A stretch of 64,000 bases of DNA from Anolis carolinensis (taxonomy: Eukaryota), in assembly GCF_035594765.1 (NCBI RefSeq), contig NC_085847.1, positions 8,742,001 to 8,806,000 of the forward strand, read 5' to 3'. The position numbers and the translations under genes were made by a program. The notes beneath the pieces were generated by a model. That model was not told the DNA's origin, did no database searches, and was given only the letters and a program-made list of their open reading frames with translations. Below are positions 1-12,400 of the stretch, piece by piece (the stretch's first letter is position 1; every line of letters starts with the position of its first letter).

Positions 1-1669
1 CTTGAAACGACTTGAAGGGACACAATTCTAACAGAAATACTTGAACTGTAGTGCACCCAGTTATTCCATGTTGTTGTTAGAAGGAAAAGAATGTTAAGCA
101 AAATTTAAAGATAGGTCCCATTGTGTGACTGAAGGCTTTTGAAAGAAAGGAGACCTGTTTTAAGAAGACCCTGCTGGAGCAGAGCAAAGCTTCCTCAGGT
201 TCAGCAACCTGTTTCCCTGTCGGGACATGGGCTCAACAAATACCAGCAGGTTTCCAGCCACTCTCCCATTTGCGTTCCCCAGCACCTGGCCAACAGAAAG
301 AAGTATCTTGCTTCTGGTGCTGGAAGGTAAAATAAAAGCCAGCCTGATTAGCTGTCGATTATCTTCCCTGAATTCATCTAATGCTCTTTTAAAGCCATCC
401 AGGTTTGTGGCCAAACCCCAATAGCTTTCGGAGGGGTTTTGTACCACTCCTGGCTTGAATTAAAATAATTACACCGTAACAGAAGACAGCAAAATTGTGA
501 TTATAGACTACACTCGGTTGCTTGCTTACTTGTTCTTTGTATTTGTCCCTTGCTTTTTCTCTTTTTTTTCTGTAACTGCTGGGTTGTGCGTGCCCCTTAG
601 CATAAACCGGGATTAATGGTGCAGCGAGAGGAAGAGAAAACGGGTTGAAGGAAAGGATCTGAGAAGTATTTATCCATAGGATTGTCACTGTTGCTGATGG
701 ATCAGGGAATAGAAGTGGTCTGCAAATTGATAAAGGACACAGTAGCTTTAGCAAAGAGATGGAGCAAAGAACAGAATTCAGACATTTTGCCACATGGTAA
801 AATTGATAAAATCCCCATATTATTAAACCACACTTTGTGCTTTGTTATATTAAAATCAAGTCATGATTTGAAGTATAATTTTCTAACCATTTTTTGCCTA
901 CATTGGTCTAGTAGCACACTGAAGGAATAAACTCAACCAATTGATATGTTTTCCTCGAGAAAGCAATAATGTACTGACCTCATGGCCAACAGTATTTCTT
1001 ACTTGTCACGGAGGGAGTTACTGGACCTCGACCCTCTAAACCCCACATTTAAGCAACTGGACTGCAATCTTTGGCAGGTTTGAGGGTAACACCGTTTATT
1101 ATCAGTTCATTCTTGCAAAGGACTCCACAGTAGTGGCCAAGATGAGCATTGATTGCACTGAAAAGGGCATTATAGCTTTGTTCAACTCCTTTCTAGTGTG
1201 AAAGAGTATCCCTGGCTGGTTGCCTGGAGATGGAACTGTAGACCAGGAATGAACTAAATGCTTTGACTGTTTAAGAGTTTCTATTTTAATGTGTGTTATG
1301 TTTTTAAGGGTTTAAATTATATATTGTATTTTTAGTGTTAGCTGCTATGGGTCTCTTTTTAAGAAAGATTAAGCAGAATAGAAATAATAACAATCACAAC
1401 AATAATAACTGTGATGCTGGCCACCAGCATCACTTTTCCCCCTAAATAAATTTGATAAAAACTCCACAAAATAGCTCAGTAAGCCCCCAAAACATGATGA
1501 AAATGCCTCCATATTCCATCATTGGCCCAAAGAAGCTGAAACTGATATCTGGAGATGGCTGTTGTGCCAGAAAAGGTTGTGTAGAAAAGGGCATGTCAGC
1601 AGGCGCTGCTTCTCCTGCAACCAGGTAACAAGGGACATCTGCCGAGATTCTTCCTCCATACTTTGTCTC

Positions 1670-1860
1670 GAAACTAAGGCCCTTGGGTCGGATGTGGCCC
1701 TCCAAGGTCATTTCCTTAGACTTCAGACTTAGTCTGAAATGACTTGAAGGCACGTAACAAGAACAGCGATCCTAATTAACTTTATTGTCTCATCAGCCAA
1801 AAGCAGGCCCACACTTCCCATGGGAACACTGGTAAGTTTGTGTTGATTAAAGTTCCTCTA
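1670..1860 (-). mobile_element. Degenerate non-autonomous hAT element (same family as 38613-39304)
   Basis: aaactaaggccc...ggccctccaaggtcattt and ...aattaactt...ggcccacacttcccat match the reverse complement of the 38613-39304 element. Confidence 0.65.
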
Positions 1861-4800
1861 CACAGCCATGGAGTCCTCTCTAATTTTCACCACAATGGGG
1901 GCCAAATTGTGTTTCTTCTGGCCTCACATCCTTTCTTGAATTTCCTTATTCCATGGGAGCTTACTCTCTCCACAGAAGCCAGAGTGGCTTATGTCGCTGG
2001 GCTTGCTCGTGTTGTGCGCCTGGTTTCAAAAGGCAGAGGCAACACACGCCACAGATTGCTGCTGTTAAATATACAGTCTGACATCACCTTGAAAGGCTCA
2101 GCCAGGCTGGCTCAAGCCTGCTTGGCAGGCCGCTTCCGTTGTATTTTGCTCGATCGGCCTCAATGTGGCACGGCGTGTTAAATTAAAACCCTGTCTCTCC
2201 TTGCCAGCCCCGCCAACCCGTTTGGTCCCATGCCATCGGTGCTGCCAGTCGTTTCCCTTGCCATCCGCTGCTGGGCCGATGTGGGGTGGCGCTGTCAAAA
2301 TTTTCAGCAGAGTTAATTATCTGCATTCAAACTTGGGCTGATAAGGCTTCTGGATGTGCCTCATGCAGAGCGGCACAGAAGCCCCAAAAAAAAAAACAAG
2401 GACTGGAGGCATTACCCTCTCTATGGGACTTGGCCAGCTGACTCAGCAGCGGGCAATGTTTTTATATGAGGAACAGCAGAGTACAGAAGAAGAAAACAGG
2501 ATCCGTTGTGTACCATTGTTCCTGCTGGTTTTGCTGGGGGTAACTAGTAAAAATGAGGCTATGCAAGACAATACTTTCCTATCTCCTGGTTTTTGCGAGC
2601 ATCCACCCCCACAAAATGCTCTTACGAAGTGTGGACTATGGACCACATTTGGCACCCAGGCACTCTTCTCATAGTAAACTCAGACAATTGAATGAAAGCA
2701 ACCTAGGACTGGCAAAAAAGGGTCTGATTTTTATATGTTTGAGAGGCTCACTAGGTTATGTGCATTTGTCGATTACAATAATTTTATTTCAGACTCTCAG
2801 AGAATAAAAGGATAGCAGGAGATGAGAGAGAGACAGCAAAGCAAGGGGCTTGTCTATTTTTACTTTAACCCCTTCCACCATTGGCATGCAATATTGGACG
2901 TTAACCCCAAAGGGATTTTCTCCTCATCGGAAACAAATTGCCCACTTCTGGTTTATCCTAACCATTGGTACATTTTCTAATACAGAATACATTTTTTCCT
3001 CCCTCCCCTCCCTTTCATCCTAGGATGAAGATGTTTCCCTGGTCCTGCAGGATTGCAGCCTTTGAGAAGCAGATGCCAAGCTTGAGGTGGGAAGGCGAAG
3101 GAGGAGACTGAGCGTCGTGTGGATGGTGGGGCATTGCAGCAGCAAAGCCAGCATGCAGGAGCATGCTTTTTGTACAGAGGATGACGCGGAGAGAGAGTGA
3201 AGCTGTTTTGTGTTTACATACACCGGCCACCAGTGCATGCCTGGTACAGCCGAGGTCTGAATGGCGTGTGAATTGCTGGGTTAGTTAGTCTTGTCCCTCA
3301 TGGCTGCTTCAGCGACAGGATGTGGGTGCCCCTTCTTCAATCACAGGGTGGCAACCACCCCATATTTTGGTGTGATCACAAACCAGTCTAATACTGGGAT
3401 GGAGCTGGGAAGCAGCCTTGCTGGGGCAGCCAATGTGAGTGTGTATCGTCCTCTATTTCTCTCTCTTGCTGTCTCTGTGTCTCCATATGGGTGGGATGTA
3501 GATATCTCTGTCTAAAGGTTTTAAGTGGGGAGGGCAACTGTAAGGCTTCTCGGTAACCTTTAGTATTGTTTTTTCCTGGTGTTGCAAATAAGATTTGCCT
3601 GGAGAGGGAAGCTGTCTCCATGGTGCTATGTTGTCGTGTTGGTTTTAACAGAGAAATCTGTTTTAAGACATTTGGACCAAGAGATGTGTCTTTTGCTCAT
3701 TCATATTTCTAGAGAAAGGAAGGGGTGTTTTTGTGGTGCTTTTGAACCTTCCTGCCTGATAGCTTTAAGCGTTTGCTGGGAGAAGCACAAATTGGTGCTT
3801 CTTGAAGATAGCTGATCATGAAGTAGGTGTTCCCCATAGTAACCCTTTATACCTCTTGGTTGTATTTGCAGTTTGTGGTTAAATAATGGGGTTTTTCTTT
3901 TATAATGCATCTTTCCAGGATTTTGTGATTGGGTCACCCTGGAAGGTGAAACCCAGTAGAGCTATTTTCTTTGAATAATGAACTGAAGCTGAAAGGTGTA
4001 GGTTTGATTTAAGGCAGGTAGACTGCCCCTCACCTAGGGAACTTAATTTCACTCTCCCTATTCAGCTATTTAAAAACATCAGTTTCAAAACGTGACATGT
4101 GTAATATTTTTGAAGGGATAGCTAGGAGTTTCAGCTCCTTCATTTTAATCTCGGTTTACTTGGAGGTTCTCTTGCCAACAAGCGCTGTTTTCTAAGTGAC
4201 ATGAAAATAGAATCCATGCTCACACGTGCTCTATCAGTCCCAGTTGAGTTTACAGTCATTCCTAAGGATCAGTTTCTGAAGGGCTCATTTAGGACCAGCC
4301 TGCTTTAAGCAAGCTATGTCTATTGCCCGAGGTTAACTCGGGTTTAGCTTTGGAATCTCTTTATTGTGCCAGGGTTTAGTTGTCTTACAGCAAGGGCACC
4401 TCTGAGCACATATAGAGTGCCTTTTCTCCTCCACTATCACTCCTTACAACCACAAGCCTTGCCACTACTCGGTGGGGAATGTTTTTCAGGCATAAAGGAA
4501 CCTTCATGCCTTTCTCTGCAGTGTGCAGATAGGCAGAGTGTTCCAAAATGCTATGACTGGACCTCCGAATGCACACACAAGATAGAAAAAAAAGAGAAAT
4601 AGACACGATGCCCCTCTTTTCACTTATGTGCTCACACATTCCTGCCACCCACCGTGCCTTTTAGAGGAACAAATGAAGGAGAAGTCTGCCAAAAAATTGA
4701 TTGGGAAGAATGTTGCTCTCCTTCTGGCATCCTAAAATAGTCACTTTCAATGGCCTTGTAAAGACAACAGAGATTGCTGTATGAATTATATTGTTTGGAT

Positions 4801-5092
4801 TTGTATTAGGAACCTTAGTCAAATGCGGACTTCCAAGTCCAGTAACAGTCAATGCCTGCAAGCATTTAAGTCCTGCACAATCCATATTTCTTACTGCAGT
4901 TGGCTTCAATTGCTGCATTCATGAACAAATATGGACTCATTATAGATTTTTAGAACTTGCAGATCAGCTAAATGTAGGGTTGGGAAGAGGGTTTCCAGGA
5001 AAAAAAAACTTAAGAGGGTATCAGCAGGTATTGCTTGTCACGCTACTAGCAGTGCCTGAAATCCCTTCTCCAACATAACCATGAAAGGAACA

Positions 5093-5212
5093 GAAGCTCC
5101 TTTAGAGGCTTTTAAACAGAGGCTGGATGGCCATCTGTCAGGGACACTTGGATTGTGCTTTTTCTGCATGGCAGGGGGTTGGTCTAGATGGCCCACGCGG
5201 TCTCTTCCAACA
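5093..5212 (+). mobile_element. CR1 LINE 3' fragment
   Basis: gaggcttttaaacagaggctggatggccatctgtc...ttggtctagatggccc...tcttccaa (encodes EAFKQRLDGHL). Confidence 0.75.
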
Positions 5213-5694
5213 TCCCCAATGTTCACTCTGACAATCCTGGTTAGGAAGGAGGTCATCAACAGAGGGATCCTCCTGCATTTGTTGGAATATGTGCAGCAAG
5301 AAAGAGTGCCCAACACTATTCAAGACAATGGACCCTGCAATTGTTTCTCCTAGTTTTTATGAGGAGGTTACTTCTTTGTAGCTTCTCATTACTTCTAGAC
5401 TTTACCTCTGCAACAGTAGGACAGCCCTTGGGATGTTTGGTATTTTAAGATGGACAGATTCAGCAGGTTCTCCAGATGGTTTGGGCTTCCATCTCTTAGA
5501 AGCCCTTATCACAGGCCATGCTGGCTAGTGTTTCTTAGGGACTGAAGTCCAATGCAGCTGGAGGACCAAAGGCTGAGAAACATTGCTGTAAACCAGCCAA
5601 TTTTTTTTGAAATTTTGAAACAGTCATGATTAGGGCCACAGAGTGTGAGGTATATGTGAAGGCCCTTTCTACTCTATTTACCTATTTATTTAGA

Positions 5695-5771
5695 GTCAAT
5701 TGGTGCTGCTTCTGAATTGGGTCAATTGGTGCGTCTTCTGAATTAGGTCAATTGCTCTGCTTTTGTATTGG
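5695..5771. repeat. ~26-bp minisatellite x3
   Basis: gtcaattggtgc..ttctgaatt.g repeated three times. Confidence 0.7.
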
Positions 5772-6437
5772 CCTCTCCTGCCCTGGTGCTAACGAAGCAA
5801 GAGCCAATTCACAGCTTTCTTTTTGTGACCTGAGTGCAAAGCAGGTGGGTCAAGTGCAGAAGGAATTTAACTCCCTTTCAGCGACAAACAAAAACCTTCA
5901 GAGCCCTAAGTCCTTCCAATAAAATATTACTAAGGCATGGTAATTGAAATGGTTTTCATAAATAAATGTCAATTAAGACCCATTTGCCTCTCTGGCTTAA
6001 AGGCATGCAGTTGGTTGGCAGCTCTAATTTAGCGTTCATTACTGCACATAAATAAGAGCTTGGAAAACCTACTTTTTTGGTTATATAATTCCCAGAATCC
6101 TCCAGGGAACATGGATGAGTGGTTTGGGGAGTTGGAGTCCCAAATGTCACCTTTCCAAGCTTTGTAACAATCATATAATGAACAAGCTAGTGAACTGATT
6201 TTACATGCCTATCCTTGCGTTTTGTCTACATGTCACACCTTTGGAAGTGCAAAGATGTTTTGTGCACGTTACAGTCTGGAGGAATTCGGGGAGCGATAGA
6301 CCTCCAAAAGTAACTATTCCAAGCTCTGATTCACAGACACATCGAAACAATACTTGAAAACTTGCAGGCATGAGCCAATGGGTGCTGTAAGCAGTTGAAT
6401 TTTGCTGCAAACAGGCAGAACTGGGCATTACATCCTG

Positions 6438-6660
6438 GGAGTCTTACACACTACACGGTTATAGCTGCTGGATTCCACTTTAATTGCTATGGCAACATCC
6501 TATGGAACCCTGGGATTTGCAGTTTAGGGGGTCATGTTAGAATTCTCAGCCAGAGAATGCTAATGCTTCCCCAAACTAGAAACCCTAGGCTTTCACAGGA
6601 TGCAGCCTTAGCAGTTAAGGTGGAATTAAAGTACTATAATGGTGTCATGTAAAAGGGCCC
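6438..6660. mobile_element. Degenerate palindromic MITE (PIF/Harbinger-like); a relative lies at ~51800-51990
   Basis: Imperfect inverted arms (ttccactttaattgct / agcagttaaggtggaa; gggatttgcagttt / aaactagaaaccc). Confidence 0.55.
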
Positions 6661-7583
6661 CTGGAAAAGGACAGTTTCCTGCATTCTTTCATTATATCCT
6701 TGGGGCATTTGTCCAACACTTTCTGATGGCTTGATAATGTTTTTTCCACTCTGGTTTGATTGTATACTATTGTGATACGCCTCTTTTTTCTATTGTAAAC
6801 CAGTTTGAACATGTGGTGGATATACAAGACTTGTTTGACACAAATAAATATGGTGGGAGCTATAGCTTGGCTGTAGTCTAATGTAGACACAGCAACCTGC
6901 AGCCTGTGATTGCTTTCGTGATTCGTAGACACATGCTTTCAAGGCCTTTGTATCATTCCTTACACAGAAATGACCTTCATTGAGGAAATTTGAAAAATTG
7001 AGTTGATCTGATGGGGGGGGAAACAGCCTTCCTATCTCCACTGAAAAAAATGTTCCGTCAAAACCCCAACAGGTCTGCTAGGAAAAGAGTTTGCGTGGAG
7101 ACATCTCCCATTGTATACAGACTTGGCCTCCCTGATAGCTTGGCAAACAGCTGTTTGGCTGGCTCTCAAGAGCTAGGTTTTACTGGGGAAGCAAGATCTA
7201 CCTTCTGTCCCTGTCCCACATAATGACTAGGATTTGTGGAATGGCACAACCTCCTTCTCCACCCCAGAAGGCATCCATCCTGATCTAAGGCAACAGTGAC
7301 TTCTTGCCTTCCAGCTGTTTTTGGCCACAAGTTTGCCAAAGCGGAGATTCGAAAGCAATCACATGGCCTTTAAGGGTTGAACCAAGCTTCTTTTGTGCTG
7401 AAAAAAATGTGAAGTGTTGACATGACCAGTGACAGGTGGAGCTGCCTTTGCAAAACTCCCTCTGCGCACACTGCAAGTGGAATAAGTCACTTCTGGAGTT
7501 TCACTTGCGATTTGATGGGACTTTTTTGCCGTTTTGTAAAAGGAATTTCCTATACTGGGTACTTTGTACATATTTGTATTGTC

Positions 7584-7592
7584 TTTATTAAA
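7584..7592. terminator. Overlapping poly(A) signals: ATTAAA (+) and AATAAA (-)
   Basis: TTTATTAAA, with upstream TGTA motifs and a downstream U/GU-rich element on the + strand. Confidence 0.45.
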
Positions 7593-8750
7593 AAAGCAGC
7601 AACAAAGATTCAAGGTGTCATCTCTTTCTCTGTTGTCCCTTTGTTCAAAATGTCCAGTTTCCATGGAGTGCTAATCTCCATCGCCTTTTTCCTTGCAAGA
7701 CCAGCAAAACAGAGTCTTGTGTTTCAAGGAAAGCACCTGGGCTCCCAAACCAGCCTGCCTCACTGGTCTCCCCATTCAAATAGAGGACGGACAACTCTGG
7801 GAACTCCATGTTATATCAATTCTGATTAAGACACAAGTTTTAAAATTGATTAATGCAGAACAAGCCTTAGGGAGATACATGCCACTGAACGTTAGCCATA
7901 CAATACTGTCTCATCGGGTTATTATCATTATTATTGTTTACTTATATAGCGCTATCGATATATAAGGAAAACAACCAAAACCAGTGAGTCCTGTCAAAGA
8001 TGTTCAATGTAAAATATATGTATGTATACACAGAAACTTCTGGTCCCAAACATTTCAGATAAAGAACGTTCAACCTGTACAAGATTATAAACCAAGATTA
8101 AATTTTCCAAAAGCTTTGGAAACCAAAAAATGTTTGATATGATGGCATAAAATTAATGCATGGACAACACAAACACCGTTAGGACCAACTATCAGTTTGA
8201 GAGCAAATTCATTGAAAGAATCATTTGGGCAGACGCAACTGGGAACATGGGTTTCTCTGAGAAGATACAAAATGCTCTGGTTGGGTCAAGATTAAACTCC
8301 ATTTAATCCAGCATCCTATTTCCAAAAGTGGTTGAATAAATGCTTGCCACAGTGACCTCCACCAAAGCTACTGCTGTTCTCCACAGCTCAAACATTCCAT
8401 TGCAGGGTCACATTTTTGGACAACTCTAGAACCCCATACCATCATGATCATTAGCCATGCTATTTGGGGGATTCTGGGAGTTATAATCTGGAAGGTAACT
8501 CCCTGGATATGGTGGTTCCCTTTAGTCATCATGACCACTAGCCACCAACTGTGAGACCCCTTCTGAAGCCATCTGAGCTAGTGGTCATTGACGCATCTTG
8601 TGACGGCCGGTTTAATTAATTCATGATGTTGTGTATGAAGAAAGTAAGGGAGAAGGAAAGCTACAACTTCCAGTACATATGCAGGTAAATACTTCCCACT
8701 TCCTCACCCCCAAAACAAGATGTCTCCTAATTTATGCTATTTCCTAAAAC

Positions 8751-8885
8751 TCAATACACCTGGAAATGAGCAGAGGTGGTACCATCTTTCCAGCATCGCA
8801 AGGTTTCCACAGCCGCAGAGCGGCAGAGTGGACACGTCTTCTCCCGGTCAAACCAAAGGCAGAGGCATTCTTCACAAAAAACATG
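8751..8885 (-). CDS. RNFT2: RNFT2 last coding exon
   Basis: HVFCEECLCLWFDREKTCPLCRSAAVETLRCWKDGTTSAHFQVY*; AG acceptor at 8886-8887. Confidence 0.95.
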   Translation of the reverse strand, partial: HVFCEECLCLWFDREKTCPLCRSAAVETLRCWKDGTTSAHFQVY

Positions 8886-9344
8886 CTGCACAGACAAAAG
8901 AAAACCCTGAATGAAGAGGTACACCTAGAAAAACATATTTATAAAAAAACGAAAGCCTTGCGTGGAGCCTAGGTGCCCCAAATATTTGACACTGTTATTT
9001 TACATCCTCCCAGCTACCCAGGTCACTGTGTAAGGCAGATTTAAGCTGCCAATCTAAATTTCCAACCATGCCCAATGCCTGATGTAGCATTTATCCTAGA
9101 AATTGTAGGCCAGAGAAGAGCTTGGCTTATATCTGCCTACTGTTCAAAGCCCAGGACAGACATCACTATGCCAAGTACTAATACCAGACATAAATGACCA
9201 CTATATTGAATTCTGTGCCACATACTGAACTCTGTGCTCAGGTGTTCTGACTGAGGAAACACACATTATATGTAGGTTTAAAAAAGAATGGTTAAAGATG
9301 ACACTTTGGCAAGGCCAAGAGACACAAAGAGAGGCAGGTAATAA

Positions 9345-9401
<57 letters not shown>

Positions 9402-12400
9402 GGTTGAACTTGTCTAACTCAGCCCTCCCCCAGGTGCTTCTATATTCTAAAAAAGACATGAGACTATTCAGTTATAGACATCCCACATCATCTCTGTTGT
9501 CTGCACAGGTGTCCTAGCTGAGTCTCTTATAATAATAATAATAATAATTTCCCTTCATCCTAATCAACATTCTCCCCGCCCTACCCCTTGATGGCCCTAA
9601 TGTGCTGTTCCAGGACACTGGGGAATTTAAAACATGACCCCAAATGGCCATTGGTGGATAGACAGAGGTTATCTAAGTGTTCCTGCCCCTCCAGTAAGCC
9701 CATCAGAGGAGCCAAGGTTGTAGAGAGATGCCCACAAGAAGTCACCAGGCTCCAGTCTGCTAGGTAGCAAAGACTCTGGGACTCTTATCAGAAAAATCTA
9801 TACTCCACTGGTGTGCTTTGCACTCCCCACAACTAACTGAGCATACTCAGTAAACAGAACATCATTGGACAAATTGCCCTGTGCCACCTCACTCCAAGAA
9901 AGGAAAAGAAAGAAAGAACCTGGCATAAGAGGATCAGCGGCTCTCTGAACTCAGCCTGGCAGATGGCACAGATGTCACCCGCCTCACTGCACTGCTGGTT
10001 AGTTGCACGGACCCCATAGCTCTGTCAAAGAGAAAGCACACGGTTCAATGCTGTAACACAAATGGTGGCAACAGCCAGCAATTTATAACTAAAGAAATTC
10101 ACAAAAAGATAAAAGCAACCAATCTTGGGCTTAGCAAAAACACTGCCTGGGCGCTGGACTCAAGAGGACTTGGGCTCAACTCAGCAGGACTGGGAAGCCT
10201 TTGGCCCTCCAGAAGTGTTGGACTACAGCTTCCAAAATTCCTGGTAAAAACAATGGAAGCTGTATGCTAAAACCTACAGAGTGCCAAAGGTTCTCCCCAC
10301 CCCATCTTAAGGGCTAAGGGGAAGGATCAGGCGACCGAACAGCAGGCTATGAAAACAGATTGGGGGATTCTAGTCCCAAGACCCATACAATGATCAAGTT
10401 AAGATAGGTCATATTGGGGGGGGGGGGGGGGAGTACTGCTAAGGAGGTGACAGCTGGGCTGGCCATCTCAGTTCAACTCTCACCTGACAAGTCTGACAGG
10501 AGCAAATCCTTTAGCACCCACAAGGGCAAAGAGACAATTATGTTAATTATAGAAATGCAAAGCAGCTGCCTACCTACCTGAGGGGTACAGAAGAACTTTA
10601 GTGCCTTCCGGACGCTTCCCACACGGCCACAGATGTCAAAGGACTAGAGAGGAAAAGATGTAGACATTCCTTACAGATTGCATGCAAAGTGTCATCACAT
10701 TTTCAGTATAGCTCCCGAGTGGCTTCCCAAGGTAAGCTGGGACCAATTGGCACCCAATGGTGCTTAGGAAGCTGCTTATTGGTACACCAATTCCAAAGAT
10801 GGGCCTTGCTTGTCCCTCCAGATGATGCTTGGACTGAAACTCCCAGAATCCTGCAGCATAGCTGTCTAGAAATGCTGGAAGTTGACATCTCAGCACCTAA
10901 AAGGACACAGATTCCCACCTAGCTCAAGGCTCTCTCCCTTTTCCCTAGCTCCTCAGAAACACAGGCAGAGAATGTCTTCCTCATCACTTGCTAACTAATC
11001 CTTTTCATGGGAGATGCTGGGCACAGAATGCAAGCAAAGAGAAACAGCTGTAAGGAAAGTCATCACCGAACCACAGGCCATCAACTTACTTTGCAGAGAC
11101 TGTACATGATCAGGAGAATCCCTCCGAGGAAATAACTGCCGGATGGATCATCGCCCATGATGTACTTGTACCATAGCTGGATGGGGACCAGGGAACGGAA
11201 GAGCTGGCTCAGCTCCTCAATGACTAAGTAGAATTTTCCCTGAAATACACAAAGGTGAGCATAAGAGAGAGGCAATGTGGTCTCATGGCTCAAGCGCCAG
11301 ACAAGAACTTTGAAGATCTAGGGTCCAGTTCTAACACAACCATGAAAATGACTGGGTGACATTGGGCCAGTCGCCCGCTCCCAACTTGACTTCATAGAGT
11401 TGTTGTGATGCTGAAGGGAGGGGGATGGGAGCCATGCAGGTTATCTGAGTCCACACTGCCATACATTCCAGTTCAAAGCAAACAATGGGGGATTTTATTC
11501 AGCTGTGTGGAATTTCCTCAAATTGATGGAACAGAAAAAAAACATTTATTTGATTAAAATTTCTGAATAAGCACACTTTCCCAAAATTCTGTAAAAGTCA
11601 GTAGGCCGCAAAGTCGTTGTGTAATATTTTATTTTGAAGTCAAAGCCAGTCCATTTCTATGGACTCTGAATTACCCAAAATTGCTTCCAACTGACTTGAC
11701 AGCCCTGCTCAAAATAATTGGAAGAAATGTGGGATATGAATGTAAGAGGCTGAAAATAACCAAAGGGTGAAAATAGGGTGAAGGGACAACCCCCCTGACA
11801 TGCAGAAAGACATAAAGTGCATTTGGACACACATTCACTATAGGGCTTGTAACTCCCCTGGGGGGTATTTAAAAAAGGACCATTCTTCCTGAAACGCTAC
11901 CCTGGTTAAGCACACTGGCAGAAAGTGCAGCCTCTTTGTTGAAAAGTTCTGTGCATGTGGTTGTATACATAAGTCAGTTCACTTAAACACAATAAATTGC
12001 CAAGGGACCTGCAAAGCAATCTTGCTCCGTGTTTACCTCCTGGCAGAGTGCACTCAGGGGGCTGGAAGGACGGCAAGAAAAATACAGTCATTGCCACCTT
12101 CCATCCCTAGGAGACAGCACTCTTGCTGTATCCTCACTCCAACGCCACTGACCCAATCTTGGCCTTGTTTTTACGGCCAACCTAAATCTATAGATTTCAG
12201 GGGTGACAGGTCAAAGACACCTGCACGTTGCCATGACTGAGTAAAACCTCTTGGAAAATTGGGACCTCATTATTATTCACTGTATTTTTATCCTGTGTTT
12301 TGGCCTATATAGGGACCCAAGAGGACTAATTCTTCTACTGCTTCCCATCAGCACTGGAGATGTGAATCAAGTCATCAGGATGTGGGGTACTGCTCAAGAG

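Larger units (their letters stand above)
3024..7615 (+). other. Putative non-coding terminal exon / long 3'UTR of a plus-strand gene (HRK by synteny)
   Basis: Strong polypyrimidine acceptor ...ccctttcatcctag at 3023. 3' end signature: TGTA x3, ATTAAA (7587-7592) and a downstream U/GU-rich tract. In mammals HRK is convergent with RNFT2 and has a non-coding last exon. No HRK coding sequence was seen in the window. Confidence 0.35.

Noticed and set aside
1-8700. HRK coding exon (BH3 motif)
   Set aside because: No LxxxGDE-type BH3 ORF was found; the coding exon presumably lies left of the window.
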